Origin: Marispirochaeta sp.
GTDB lineage: Bacteria > Spirochaetota > Spirochaetia > JC444 > Marispirochaetaceae
Length of the DNA stretch: 64,000 nucleotides
Direction of reading: 5' to 3'
Assembly: GCA_963676835.2 (NCBI GenBank)
Contig: CAXXFF010000004.1
Span: forward strand, 224,001-288,000
Below, piece after piece: positions 20,656 through 30,598 of this stretch. The notes under the pieces are model-generated. The model ran no database searches. It saw only the letters and a program-made list of their open reading frames with translations, and was not told where the DNA came from. Position 1 is the first letter of the stretch; every line of letters starts with the position of its first letter. The position numbers and the translations under genes were made by a program.

Positions 20656-22155
20656 CTAATCAACAACCACTTTTTTCTGTTTGTATTCCCTATAGTTATT
20701 TCGTATCGCAAGGATTAAAGAAATTAATGCCACAGAAAGAAATACTATAGAAATTGGCTTGTGCAGGAAAGGCATGTAACTTCCGTTACTTAGCTGCAAG
20801 CCTCGTCGCAGATTTACTTCTGCAATTGGGCCAAGAATAAAACCCAAAACTACCGGAGGGAGAGGGAAACCAAGCTTCATCATACCGTATCCAACCAATC
20901 CAAAAACGATCAGACAGACAACATCGAACATCCGGTTATTAGCCGCATAGGCACCGACTACACATAAAACCATTATAATGGGAAATAGAATATGCTTAGG
21001 AATAGACAGGAGCCTGACGAATCCACGCATTCCAAAGAATTCCAAAACAATCATGGCAAAATTAGCTACAATCAAGGCCGCAAAAATACTGTAGACAATT
21101 GGCCCATTTGTTGTAAACAGCAGAGGCCCTGGCCTTATTCCATGAATCATGAGACCACCAAGAAGCATAGCTGTTACTGTATCCCCCGGGATCCCGAGTG
21201 TTAAAAGTGGGACAAGGGCACCACCAACCGATGCATTATTTGCTGACTCGGATGCAACAATACCATCCATAATTCCTGTACCAAATTTTTCAGGATGTTT
21301 TGACTGGTTCTTGGCAGTTATGTAGGCGATAATATTTGAGGTTGACCCGCCTATGCCGGGAAGGATTCCAATTCCCGTTCCAATTACACTTGATCGGAAT
21401 AAATTAAGAAGTTGCTGCAAGAACTCTTTCAGACTGAAACCAAAACCTTTAATTTTATAATCGGCGATTTCATCTTTAGATACACCAGCACCTCTCGATT
21501 CTGATGTTTTTATTATTTCCCCCACGGCATAAAGACCAATAAGAAGGGTGAGAAGACCAAACCCACCGTCAAGCGCATGAAAGCCAAAGGTAAAGCGTGG
21601 ATATCCATCCAGCGGAGCTACTCCTACAAGAGACAAACCTATTCCCATGCCACCCGCGATAAGCCCTTTGATCAGTGACCCCTGGGAAAGGCTGGCAATC
21701 ATTGTGAGGGCAAAGACTGCAATTGAAAAATAATCATACGAAGAGAATTTGAGTGCTATCCGTGCCAGAGGAGGCGAAATAAACATAAGAATAAAAATAC
21801 TGAACAGTCCGCCAAGGAATGAATACACAATGCCGATTCCAAGAGCTTTTCCAGCTTCACCCCTCGCAGCCATTGGATGGCCATCAAATGTAGTTGCGAT
21901 TGATGCTGGAGTCCCTGGAATTTTTAATAAAATAGCCGTGATAAGACCACCTGAGATTCCACCAATATATAACCCGATTAAGAGAGAAACCCCATTTACC
22001 GGTTGCAATCCGAAAGTGATTGGCAAACAGAGTGCGACCGCCATAGTTGCAGTCATTCCTGGAATGGCACCAAAAATAATACCTACAGAAACACCTATAG
22101 TGATAAAGAGTATTGTCTTGATGTTCAAGACTGCTAATAGTCCGGTTAATAACAT
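20656..22155 (-). CDS. tctA: TctA
   Basis: KIPGTPASIATTFDGHPMA, ASESANNA, LGIPGD. Confidence 0.95.
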   Translation of the reverse strand: MLLTGLLAVLNIKTILFITIGVSVGIIFGAIPGMTATMAVALCLPITFGLQPVNGVSLLIGLYIGGISGGLITAILLKIPGTPASIATTFDGHPMAARGEAGKALGIGIVYSFLGGLFSIFILMFISPPLARIALKFSSYDYFSIAVFALTMIASLSQGSLIKGLIAGGMGIGLSLVGVAPLDGYPRFTFGFHALDGGFGLLTLLIGLYAVGEIIKTSESRGAGVSKDEIADYKIKGFGFSLKEFLQQLLNLFRSSVIGTGIGILPGIGGSTSNIIAYITAKNQSKHPEKFGTGIMDGIVASESANNASVGGALVPLLTLGIPGDTVTAMLLGGLMIHGIRPGPLLFTTNGPIVYSIFAALIVANFAMIVLEFFGMRGFVRLLSIPKHILFPIIMVLCVVGAYAANNRMFDVVCLIVFGLVGYGMMKLGFPLPPVVLGFILGPIAEVNLRRGLQLSNGSYMPFLHKPISIVFLSVALISLILAIRNNYREYKQKKVVVD

Positions 22156-22168
22156 AATTTATTTCTCC

Positions 22169-22651
22169 CTATCCCAGGATTCCCGAAGGAAGCATTAAGC
22201 TGAAAACATTTACAAAAAGAACGTACACAATTGCAGGTATTACCAGAGAAAGGATTACAAATAACGGTATTTTCCGCTGTCCATCCGGTGCGAGAATAAA
22301 CATCTGTCCGAACAGAAACAGAGCCGATACCAGAATAAACCCCACAGGGACAAGCAGTGCAACATAAGCAATAAGGAGAAGGACGGTCAGCAGTAGAGTT
22401 CTTACATCAAAACTCGGCGCAGAAGCATTCTCTCCAGTGTGGACAGATCCTTTAAGAAAATGATTTACAACTGTTGTCACGAGCATAATGGTACTTAGAC
22501 CAATTATGTAAATGCCAACTGCTCTGGGTAAATAATCCGGTCCAACACCTGCAAGATTAACTTTTCCAATTGTAAAGGAGACAATAAATATGAAAAGTCC
22601 AAATAATAAAGCAAAAACCCCTGCAAAGAGGTCTCGTTTAAAATGCGCCAT
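22169..22651 (-). CDS. tctB: TctB
   Basis: GPDYLPR, LPSGILG C-terminus. Confidence 0.9.
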   Translation of the reverse strand: MAHFKRDLFAGVFALLFGLFIFIVSFTIGKVNLAGVGPDYLPRAVGIYIIGLSTIMLVTTVVNHFLKGSVHTGENASAPSFDVRTLLLTVLLLIAYVALLVPVGFILVSALFLFGQMFILAPDGQRKIPLFVILSLVIPAIVYVLFVNVFSLMLPSGILG

Positions 22652-22715
22652 TTTATTTCCTCAAATGTGATGATAGTTTGCCGCTGCACAAAGAATATAT
22701 GCAGCGGCAAGAATA

Positions 22716-23708
22716 TTAATGTACTTCCAGAAGATCCTTATATTTCATAATAGTATCTCTCTGGGTGTTCATCTCTTTCAGGCCTTCAGCGCCTGGAACA
22801 AAATAGGGTTTCTGAAAGTAGGCCTTCTGAATCTCATCCTGATAGTCTTCCATTTCAGACACTTGTTTTACAGCAGCTGTCCATTTCTCTACTATGTCTG
22901 AAGGGGTTCCTTTGGGGAATGCAAAGAAATACAGCTGATCCAGTGTTGCATCAGCAAATCCAAGCTCTGCAACTGTCGGAACATCTGGCAATTCAGCAAC
23001 TTTTGTAGAACCAAGAGTAGCCAACGCTTTAACATCACCGCTGTCAATGTAGTCTTTCATCATACCAAAAGCGTTGGGAATGATATCAACATGACCACCC
23101 ATTACAGCCGCAAGCCTGTCAGAACCACCACCAAAATCCGCGATATTAAACTTTGCTCCACCTGCATTCAAAGTAACTCCCGCCAGGTAGGTTGTTGCTC
23201 CGGTATTTCCTGCAAAGGTGATAGAATTGGGATTGGCTTTTGACGCTGCCACTATTTCTTCAAATGTATTGTAAGGCGAGTCTTTGCTCACATACAGAAG
23301 AGTACCGGGGCTTTTTGCACCGATGCACGCAAAATCATAATCATTCAGGCTTTTATCCCAAATTCCCGCTGCTTCACTTACCAGCATCGCTGAATGGTGC
23401 CAGAGAACTGTGTATCCGTCAGCATCAGCATCCAGCACACGGCGTGCACCAATAGTTCCACCTGATCCGGTTACATTGGTTACAACTACAGGAACACCAA
23501 GGATATCAGTCATGTATTTAGCGTATACACGAGCATTAAAATCGGTATCTCCACCAGGATTATAAGGGGCCACAATCTGGATTGACTTTGCAGGCCAGGC
23601 TTTTGCTTCTCCACCTTCTTTTGAACCTTCAGCCCAGCTGGAAACAACAAGACCAAATCCCACAATTAGAATTGTTAAAATTGAAACAACACGTCGAGTT
23701 TTAGTCAT
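22716..23708 (-). CDS. tctC: TctC substrate-binding protein
   Basis: WPAKSIQIVAPYNPGGDTD, ADGYT. Confidence 0.93.
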   Translation of the reverse strand: MTKTRRVVSILTILIVGFGLVVSSWAEGSKEGGEAKAWPAKSIQIVAPYNPGGDTDFNARVYAKYMTDILGVPVVVTNVTGSGGTIGARRVLDADADGYTVLWHHSAMLVSEAAGIWDKSLNDYDFACIGAKSPGTLLYVSKDSPYNTFEEIVAASKANPNSITFAGNTGATTYLAGVTLNAGGAKFNIADFGGGSDRLAAVMGGHVDIIPNAFGMMKDYIDSGDVKALATLGSTKVAELPDVPTVAELGFADATLDQLYFFAFPKGTPSDIVEKWTAAVKQVSEMEDYQDEIQKAYFQKPYFVPGAEGLKEMNTQRDTIMKYKDLLEVH

Positions 23709-23758
23709 CTTAAACTCTCCTTTTATTTTTTCTACCCGTCTACGCAGATAGTAATCAC

Positions 23759-24712
23759 CTATAAATTATTGACCTTCCAGGCAGGCTCACGCCCTTCAAG
23801 GACTCCGATAATCCCCATGGCTGCATGGATTCCCATTCTATCCATCGCCTCATAGGTAAGCGCAGCATTATGAGGGCTGACGAGAACATTCTCTAGTTCG
23901 AAGAGTTTATTGCCGGATGATGCAGGTTCTTCCTGGAAGACATCCAGACCTGCACCGCGAATAGTCCCATCAACAAGAGCCTCGTACAAATCTTTCTCAT
24001 TAAGAACATCACCACGGGCGCAGTTAATAAGAATTGCTGTATTTTTCATTAGGGAGATGTTTTTTTTAGAGACCAGATTCCGTGTTTCCGGTGTGGACGG
24101 TACATGCAAAGAGATAAAATCTGCCTCACGGAATACCTCTTCCACGGTTTCCCGGACATCAATATTATCCGGAATCTGGTCCCGGGAAGCATAGGCATCG
24201 TACCCTATAACCTCCATTCCCAATCCGTTACTTGCTTTTCTGGCAACACTGCGCCCAATATAGCCAAGACCTATCAACCCGAGAATTTTTCCCTGGACCT
24301 CTATGCTTTGGGTAATATTTCTGGATTCCCAATTCCCTTTACGCGTCTGGAAATCCTGAAATACAAGATTTTTTGCACATCCCAAAAGCAGACTTATTGC
24401 ATGTTCCGCAACAGAATTTGAGTTCGCTATAGGCGCATTGGTAACCTGTATGCCCAGCTCGGTAGCGCTTTCTATATCTATGTTGTCAATACCTGCCCCA
24501 AATCTTGAAATCACTTTTAGTTTTTTACCGCTTTCCATAATTCGTCGGCTGTAACGGGCAGTCCTCACCAGCAGTGCATCACAGTCTTCAACCTCTTTGC
24601 AGATAGTATCCTCATCCGATGCAGAACCGATTACAACTTCATACCCTCTCTCCTGCAGGTATTCTTTCCCGCCAGATGTAATATCCTGAGGTACCAGGAC
24701 TTTAAAGCTCAT
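23759..24712 (-). CDS. D-isomer-specific 2-hydroxyacid dehydrogenase (SerA-like, no ACT domain)
   Basis: RFGAGIDNID, GLGYIG, INCARG, DVFQEEP, SPHNAA. Confidence 0.9.
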   Translation of the reverse strand: MSFKVLVPQDITSGGKEYLQERGYEVVIGSASDEDTICKEVEDCDALLVRTARYSRRIMESGKKLKVISRFGAGIDNIDIESATELGIQVTNAPIANSNSVAEHAISLLLGCAKNLVFQDFQTRKGNWESRNITQSIEVQGKILGLIGLGYIGRSVARKASNGLGMEVIGYDAYASRDQIPDNIDVRETVEEVFREADFISLHVPSTPETRNLVSKKNISLMKNTAILINCARGDVLNEKDLYEALVDGTIRGAGLDVFQEEPASSGNKLFELENVLVSPHNAALTYEAMDRMGIHAAMGIIGVLEGREPAWKVNNL

Positions 24713-24757
24713 GTTTTACTCCATGTATTTGGTCTCAATTTCTCGCGACTCTATCAA

Positions 24758-24773
24758 TGCAAAAGGTGTGCCA
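24758..24773 (-). promoter_or_regulatory. sigma54 -24/-12 promoter
   Basis: Minus strand TGGCACACCTTTTGCA (GG-N10-GC), 46 bp before the start at 24712. Confidence 0.85.
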
Positions 24774-24935
24774 AAGACAAAAATCAGGTTCAAGTATTTA
24801 TTAACTTAATCTTTCAAAAGGAATTAGCTGAAAATTCAGAATTCATGATTACAAGGAAAGTTCATTACTAACATTTCAATAGTGAATTACACTTTGCACA
24901 TTGTAATTCATTCAGCCATACGATAGAGTGTGTTC

Positions 24936-26873
24936 ATGGTACGCATTTCTTTTCTGATTCCATCCATAGAGATCGCTGAGATTGTTGAGAACACATTCAA
25001 TGAGCACAATGAAATAATGGGTCATACCAGATCAATTGATCAGTACACATTGAAAATTCATATTGCGCCTACAATTAATGATGTCCTCGATGAAATGCTG
25101 GATTCCGATATAATCATTGCCCGAGGGTTATTGGCTGATAAAATTGAAGAACAGCATCCTAATCTGGTAGTAGTCCGAATACCTATTTCAGGCAGCGAAA
25201 TCATTCGAGCCATATTTAGCGGACTAAACAAAAAAGAGGGTGATCATACAAAGATAGGTGTACTGGGTGCTTACAACATACAGTATAGTGCCAGTGGCTT
25301 GGATAAGTTACTCAACATCGAACTTGCTCAATATCAGCAGCACACAAATAAACCGGAAGATATTCAGGCAGATCTTGATATGATGGTTTCTGATAACTGT
25401 AATGTAATTATATGCGGTTATAACACATTTCATTATGCCAAAGAACATGCATTGAATTACAACTGCAACATTGTTGCAATGAGCAAGGAATCATTCTTCC
25501 AAGCAATCACAGAAGCAAAACATGTAGCAAAAATTCGCAGACAAGAATATGAAAGTGCAATACAACATAAAGCTATTCTGGACAGCACAACTGAAGGAAT
25601 ACTGGTTTTGAATAGCAACGAAGAAATAATTTCGCTTAACAAAGTGGCTGGCGATATTCTTGGTATTAACGAAAAAACTAAAGGAAAAAAGCTATCTCAA
25701 GTGTTTCGTTTTTCCAAGTTTGCCCGCATTGCAAAAGGTACAATCGAATGTGAACATGAGATAGTTCAGGTTAATGAAAAATCTGTTGTTTTAACAAAAA
25801 CTAATCTTCACTTAAGGAATGACTTTATCGGAAGCGTTCTCTCCTTTCAGAAAACAGATACAATTCAACGAGAAGAAATTCGTATCCGTAACAAAATGTA
25901 CTTAAAGGGCAATGAAGCATTTTATAAATTTGATGATATCCTGGGTGATTCACCTCAAATCAGGGAAATTATCAAAACTGCAAAACAATATAGTTCTGTG
26001 AATTCAAATATTCTGATAACCGGAGAAACCGGAACCGGCAAAGAAATATTCGCCCAGAGCATTCATAATAATAGCGCAAGAAAATCAGGCGCCTTTGTTG
26101 CAATTAACTGCGCAGCACTTTCTCCAAGTCTGCTTGAAAGCGAATTATTCGGATATACTGACGGTGCATTTACCGGGGCAGTCAAGGGAGGGAAACAGGG
26201 TCTTTTTGAACTGGCACATAGTGGAACCTGCTTTCTAGATGAAATATCCGAATTGCCTCAGGAAATGCAAGGGCGCTTACTCAGGGTTATCCAGGAAAGA
26301 CAGGTAAGAAGACTTGGAGACGATCGTGTTATACCAATTGATATACGTATAATCTGTGCAACCAATAAGCCATTATTTAATGAAGTCAAGAATGGAAAAT
26401 TCAGAAGAGATTTATTTTATCGTTTAAATGTTTTAAAAATAACAATTCCTCCCCTTCGAGAGCGAAGAAACGATATCCCTATTTTTATGGAAAACTTTAT
26501 CAATCAATTCTGTATACAGTTTCATTCAGAAAAGAAGCATCTCTCAACCGCGGCTAAAGAATACATTAAAAATCTTTACTGGGATGGAAATGTGCGAGAA
26601 CTGAAGAATTTTTGCGAATGTTTAACAGTAACAACAGAAAGTACGCAAATCCAGGAACATCATATAGCGGCTTTACTGGACCAGACATACATGAAGGCGC
26701 CCCAAATATCACAGGGTAATGGAAAACACCAGTCTACAAAAACTATTATTGAAAAACAACTTATAGAGGAAGCTCTCTCGGCGTCTGATTCAAGAGCCGC
26801 AGCAGCACATTATCTTGGTATAAGTACCACAACTCTCTGGCGTAAAATGAAAAAACTTAACATAGAGATTTAA
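24936..26873 (+). CDS. PrpR-like sigma54-dependent activator (PrpR_N-PAS-AAA+-Fis HTH)
   Basis: GETGTGKE Walker A, ESELFG, intact GAFTGA, FLDEI, WDGNVREL, LGISTTTLWRK; ATG 24936 lies 6 nt after TTGTAA-17-TAGAGT. Confidence 0.93.
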   Translation: MVRISFLIPSIEIAEIVENTFNEHNEIMGHTRSIDQYTLKIHIAPTINDVLDEMLDSDIIIARGLLADKIEEQHPNLVVVRIPISGSEIIRAIFSGLNKKEGDHTKIGVLGAYNIQYSASGLDKLLNIELAQYQQHTNKPEDIQADLDMMVSDNCNVIICGYNTFHYAKEHALNYNCNIVAMSKESFFQAITEAKHVAKIRRQEYESAIQHKAILDSTTEGILVLNSNEEIISLNKVAGDILGINEKTKGKKLSQVFRFSKFARIAKGTIECEHEIVQVNEKSVVLTKTNLHLRNDFIGSVLSFQKTDTIQREEIRIRNKMYLKGNEAFYKFDDILGDSPQIREIIKTAKQYSSVNSNILITGETGTGKEIFAQSIHNNSARKSGAFVAINCAALSPSLLESELFGYTDGAFTGAVKGGKQGLFELAHSGTCFLDEISELPQEMQGRLLRVIQERQVRRLGDDRVIPIDIRIICATNKPLFNEVKNGKFRRDLFYRLNVLKITIPPLRERRNDIPIFMENFINQFCIQFHSEKKHLSTAAKEYIKNLYWDGNVRELKNFCECLTVTTESTQIQEHHIAALLDQTYMKAPQISQGNGKHQSTKTIIEKQLIEEALSASDSRAAAAHYLGISTTTLWRKMKKLNIEI

Positions 26874-26910
26874 AAATCCTTTCACAGGAAAACCGGCGAA
26901 AGGATTTTTA
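26871..26910. terminator. Bidirectional intrinsic terminator
   Basis: TAAAAATCCTTTC...GAAAGGATTTTTA 13-bp stem between convergent genes. Confidence 0.75.
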
Positions 26911-26921
26911 GAAGCTATAAA

Positions 26922-27827
26922 CTATTTAAGAAACCCGCCATCCTTGAGTTGATCTCTCATTTTCTCTAGAACTATCCCTTCAGAAGGAAGATTCGGCTTA
27001 AAGGGCACACCTACATCCATATCTAAAAGATTACAATAATCTTTAGTTCCAACAGGGAAACTGGCTTTATCCATAACCAGTCTGATGGGATTAAGAGCAT
27101 ACTGAGCCTCCCGGGATCCTTCAAAATCACCGGCAACATATTTTTCGTAAATAGAAACCACAAGCTCAGGAATAAAGTTTGCAGTTGTAGCAACAGCCCC
27201 TGCTCCGCCATGACACATTGCACCGAAAATGAGGGTATCCTTGCCGCCGAGTACTTTAAAGCCGACATCGCTGTTACGCCGTATAAATTCTTCGGTCTGA
27301 GTCATATCACCGCTGCTGTCTTTCATACCCACGATATTCGGATAGGTGTGGGCCAGTTTTTCCACCAGATCGCCGCTCATGGTATAGGCGGTACGACCGG
27401 GATTATTGTAGAGCAGCATGGGAGTTTCTGGGATAGCCTCTGCAATTGCAGCAAAGTGACCGTAAAGCTCTTCATCAAAGGGTTTCAGGAACATCGGCTG
27501 CAGCACGGATACCGCATCCGCACCAAGTTCGACACCTTTCTTTGCCAGCTCAATACACTTGCCGGTACGGATGGAACCGATACCGCAGTATACTGGCACC
27601 CGGCCTTTAACCTGATCAATCATAATTGATAATCCCCGTTCGAACTCTTCATCGATCATATAGAACTCGCCATTGCTTCCGTAGGCGAGGATTCCATGCA
27701 CACCGCCTTCTATAACAAAGTCAACCTGCTTCCGCAGTTTCTTCTCATCAATCCTTTCCTGAGAGTCAATGGGTGTAATAATCGGGGGTATGATTCCCCT
27801 TACAAAATCACTTGATAATTTCTGCAT
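26922..27827 (-). CDS. DHDPS/NAL-family class I aldolase
   Basis: GSNGEF, LYNNPGRT, GMKDSSGD Schiff-base lysine; ATG 27827 after AAGGAG. Confidence 0.9.
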   Translation of the reverse strand: MQKLSSDFVRGIIPPIITPIDSQERIDEKKLRKQVDFVIEGGVHGILAYGSNGEFYMIDEEFERGLSIMIDQVKGRVPVYCGIGSIRTGKCIELAKKGVELGADAVSVLQPMFLKPFDEELYGHFAAIAEAIPETPMLLYNNPGRTAYTMSGDLVEKLAHTYPNIVGMKDSSGDMTQTEEFIRRNSDVGFKVLGGKDTLIFGAMCHGGAGAVATTANFIPELVVSIYEKYVAGDFEGSREAQYALNPIRLVMDKASFPVGTKDYCNLLDMDVGVPFKPNLPSEGIVLEKMRDQLKDGGFLK

Positions 27828-27860
27828 ATCAATCTCCTTGTAATTCAATCAATTCTCTAC

Positions 27861-27876
27861 AGCATTTTATATGCCA
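27861..27876 (-). promoter_or_regulatory. sigma54 -24/-12 promoter
   Basis: Minus strand TGGCATATAAAATGCT (GG-N10-GC) upstream of the aldolase gene. Confidence 0.75.
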
Positions 27877-28125
27877 CTTTCGGTTCGATTTGTAATAATT
27901 TCGTAATTTCTTTGAAAATAACAACTTATCACACCACACAATAAGACAGAAACCTACTAGAGTAAAGAAAAATATTTCACATTGCAATACATGAAATAAC
28001 TGTTATTTCATTCATAAATCACTTGATCCCTTACTTCATTTTGTTCTTCATTATCCTGTATCATATTCCTAAAGTCCTAAACCGGGAAATGCCGGATACC
28101 AGTCAATACAGATGCTGGAAACCTT

Positions 28126-29148
28126 CTAAACCTTCCGCGTGGAATCCTGTATGACAAGACTCGATCCGAAAACAATATCTCGCGGGGCAATCTCCCTGCC
28201 CGATTTATCAGCCCGCAATATTATCAATTCATCCAGAAGCTTCATGGCGGCATCGCCTATTTCGTAAGACGGATACATATTCGCAGTTACTTTGGGCTCA
28301 ATGAAATCTTCGTATTCCGACACTTCCGAACCGGCATAGGCTGCCACGGCAATATCTTCCGGAACACGGAACCCTTTTTCGTTTATGGCCTTGATTGCCC
28401 CAAGGGACATCATGTGGTTTAGAGCATAAACCGCCTCAGGTTTTTCACATCTTTCGAGGAGCCGTTTTGTACACTCATAGCCGCTGTTAAAACTCATGTG
28501 CCCTTCTTCCGCTGGAAGTGCTTCCGGTTCAATACCAAACTCCCGGAAAGCGCGGTCTGCCCCCTCCATCCTGTCTGCAGAGTTCATCATATAGTCAAAG
28601 CCTTTGACTACATAAATCTTTCTGTACCCGGTCTCGAGCAGGTACCTTACAACCTGGTAACTCAGGGTGATATCATCCGCCCGGACACAGGATATATTGC
28701 GTTCAGGACTCCTCCGTGAAACAAGAACCAGGGGCATTACGTTTTTTATTGCGGCAAGATGATCCCATTCCCGGGATACAGGGAGGAGAATAATACCGTC
28801 AACTCTGCGCCCTACCAGCAGACTGATATACTCCTTCTCTTTTTCTATATCTTCATTGGTATGACACAGCATAATGTTGTAACCAAGCTCCTGTGCTCGG
28901 GCATCTATACTTTCCATTAATGCTGCAAAGAAGGGAGCCCGGTAATAGGGGACGACCAGTCCGACAATCTTGCTTTGCTTTTTCACCATACTGCGGGCCA
29001 CTGCGTTGGGATGGTAATTCAGCCTGCGAATGGCTTCTTCAACTTTCTTGCGGGTACTTATCTTTACATAGCCGTTTGCATTTATAACCCTGGAGACAGT
29101 TGTTACGGATACATTGGCTGCTTTGGCGATGTCCTTAATTGAAACCAC
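28126..29148 (-). CDS. LacI family transcriptional regulator
   Basis: SIKDIAKAANVSVTTVSRVIN, YHPNAVARS, VPEDIAV. Confidence 0.95.
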   Translation of the reverse strand: MVSIKDIAKAANVSVTTVSRVINANGYVKISTRKKVEEAIRRLNYHPNAVARSMVKKQSKIVGLVVPYYRAPFFAALMESIDARAQELGYNIMLCHTNEDIEKEKEYISLLVGRRVDGIILLPVSREWDHLAAIKNVMPLVLVSRRSPERNISCVRADDITLSYQVVRYLLETGYRKIYVVKGFDYMMNSADRMEGADRAFREFGIEPEALPAEEGHMSFNSGYECTKRLLERCEKPEAVYALNHMMSLGAIKAINEKGFRVPEDIAVAAYAGSEVSEYEDFIEPKVTANMYPSYEIGDAAMKLLDELIILRADKSGREIAPRDIVFGSSLVIQDSTRKV

Positions 29149-29214
29149 AACAATCTGCTCCTGAACTGATTCGCGGTCCTCTGACCAGTCTCATTTTATC
29201 CCACCGGCTCTAAA

Positions 29215-30525
29215 TCAGAAAAGATTACCCAGGCTGTCAAACGCCAGCTCTTCTTCTTCGCCTACAATTTCAATCTGAGGATTGGCTTTTGCCTCTGGAA
29301 TCAGGGCTTCTGAAATCATTATCTCTCCGATTTCAAGGCTGTTTTTTATCCGGACAACCCGGGGGTTATTATAATCTATCATGTTACAGGTTTTTATCGC
29401 AGCTGCAACGGCAAGCCTGTCATTAGCAAGAATCATGGGAATCTTTATAGGGCGCATCACCGTAGATGTAAGTGCATTGGGATAGGTGGCCTCAAAATCA
29501 TACTTATCAAAAGCTCGTTGTACAGAAAAATCTGCCACCCCAAGGCCCATACCGTTTCCATGGGAAGCATCGGTAATATCAAGAACAACAACCCGCTGCT
29601 TCTCTAAACCGCCTGATGCATAGGGTGTAGAAAAAGTTCCGGTTATGGTAGCATCCATACCGCTCCCGCTGATATTCTTTCCCACCTCATCCACAATAAG
29701 AACATCTACTGAATCAAACATAATTGAAGGCATCCACCTCTTTGATTCCAGAAGCAGCGCAGGCTCTTCCTCACTGATCTTTTCTGCGGGAACAGCATGA
29801 ATACTCCTTGTTTTATCATAGGCGTTTTCTATAAGACCAAGCCCGAAAAGCACTTTTCCCGAGTTCAAGACAGTCTTTCCGATACTCAGGAGATTATCTA
29901 CCATTGCCCCAAACCCATCGGCATGACAGATTTCAGCTCCATACTGTTTCCCCAGGCCGATAACCGCCATTTTGGTAAGCCCGCTCTCAATTACCCCGGA
30001 AAACGCGGTATGCGCCTTTATCCGCCCTATCAGCACAATTCCATCCGCTTCCGAGGCATATTTGTCTATTCGTACCGGTTTACCATTCTCCGCCACGCCT
30101 ATCTGAACCGTTTCCATACTTGAGAGGATGGGACACCCTACAGACTCTTCTGTAATTCCATAGCCGGAGAGCACTTCCAGCTGACCTTCCGCGGTTGCCC
30201 CCCCGTGACTTCCCATGGCGGGAATAACAAAAGGATATGCACCTTTTTCTTTTATTCTGTCAGCGACTGATTTCAGGATTTCTATGATATTGGATATTCC
30301 CCGGCTCCCCGCTGTAAGAGCTATCCTCTGTCCAGGCTTTACAGCATCAAGAGTTCCGGGTCGCTGAAGAGCGGCCTCTACTGCCACCCGGATATCTGCT
30401 ATGGAATACAAGTCAAATCGCTGTTCAATCTTCACAAATTTAGGCAATCTCTGCTTTGATACTATTTCTGCAACCGTCTTATCCGCGAATGCTGTTTTTC
30501 CTGGAGATAATCCCATTTCTTCCAT
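29215..30525 (-). CDS. Lactate-racemase-domain (LarA/DUF2088) protein
   Basis: AGSRGI, PAMGSHGGATAEGQ, RIKAHT, ESGLTKMAVIGLGK, GKNISGSGMD; paralogue of 19170..20447. Confidence 0.87.
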   Translation of the reverse strand: MEEMGLSPGKTAFADKTVAEIVSKQRLPKFVKIEQRFDLYSIADIRVAVEAALQRPGTLDAVKPGQRIALTAGSRGISNIIEILKSVADRIKEKGAYPFVIPAMGSHGGATAEGQLEVLSGYGITEESVGCPILSSMETVQIGVAENGKPVRIDKYASEADGIVLIGRIKAHTAFSGVIESGLTKMAVIGLGKQYGAEICHADGFGAMVDNLLSIGKTVLNSGKVLFGLGLIENAYDKTRSIHAVPAEKISEEEPALLLESKRWMPSIMFDSVDVLIVDEVGKNISGSGMDATITGTFSTPYASGGLEKQRVVVLDITDASHGNGMGLGVADFSVQRAFDKYDFEATYPNALTSTVMRPIKIPMILANDRLAVAAAIKTCNMIDYNNPRVVRIKNSLEIGEIMISEALIPEAKANPQIEIVGEEEELAFDSLGNLF

Positions 30526-30598
30526 TATTTAATCCTGTAGTAAACTAATGAGACTGCCTCACAGCAGCCCCATTACTGTTTTGGAAGAGCTATTATTT

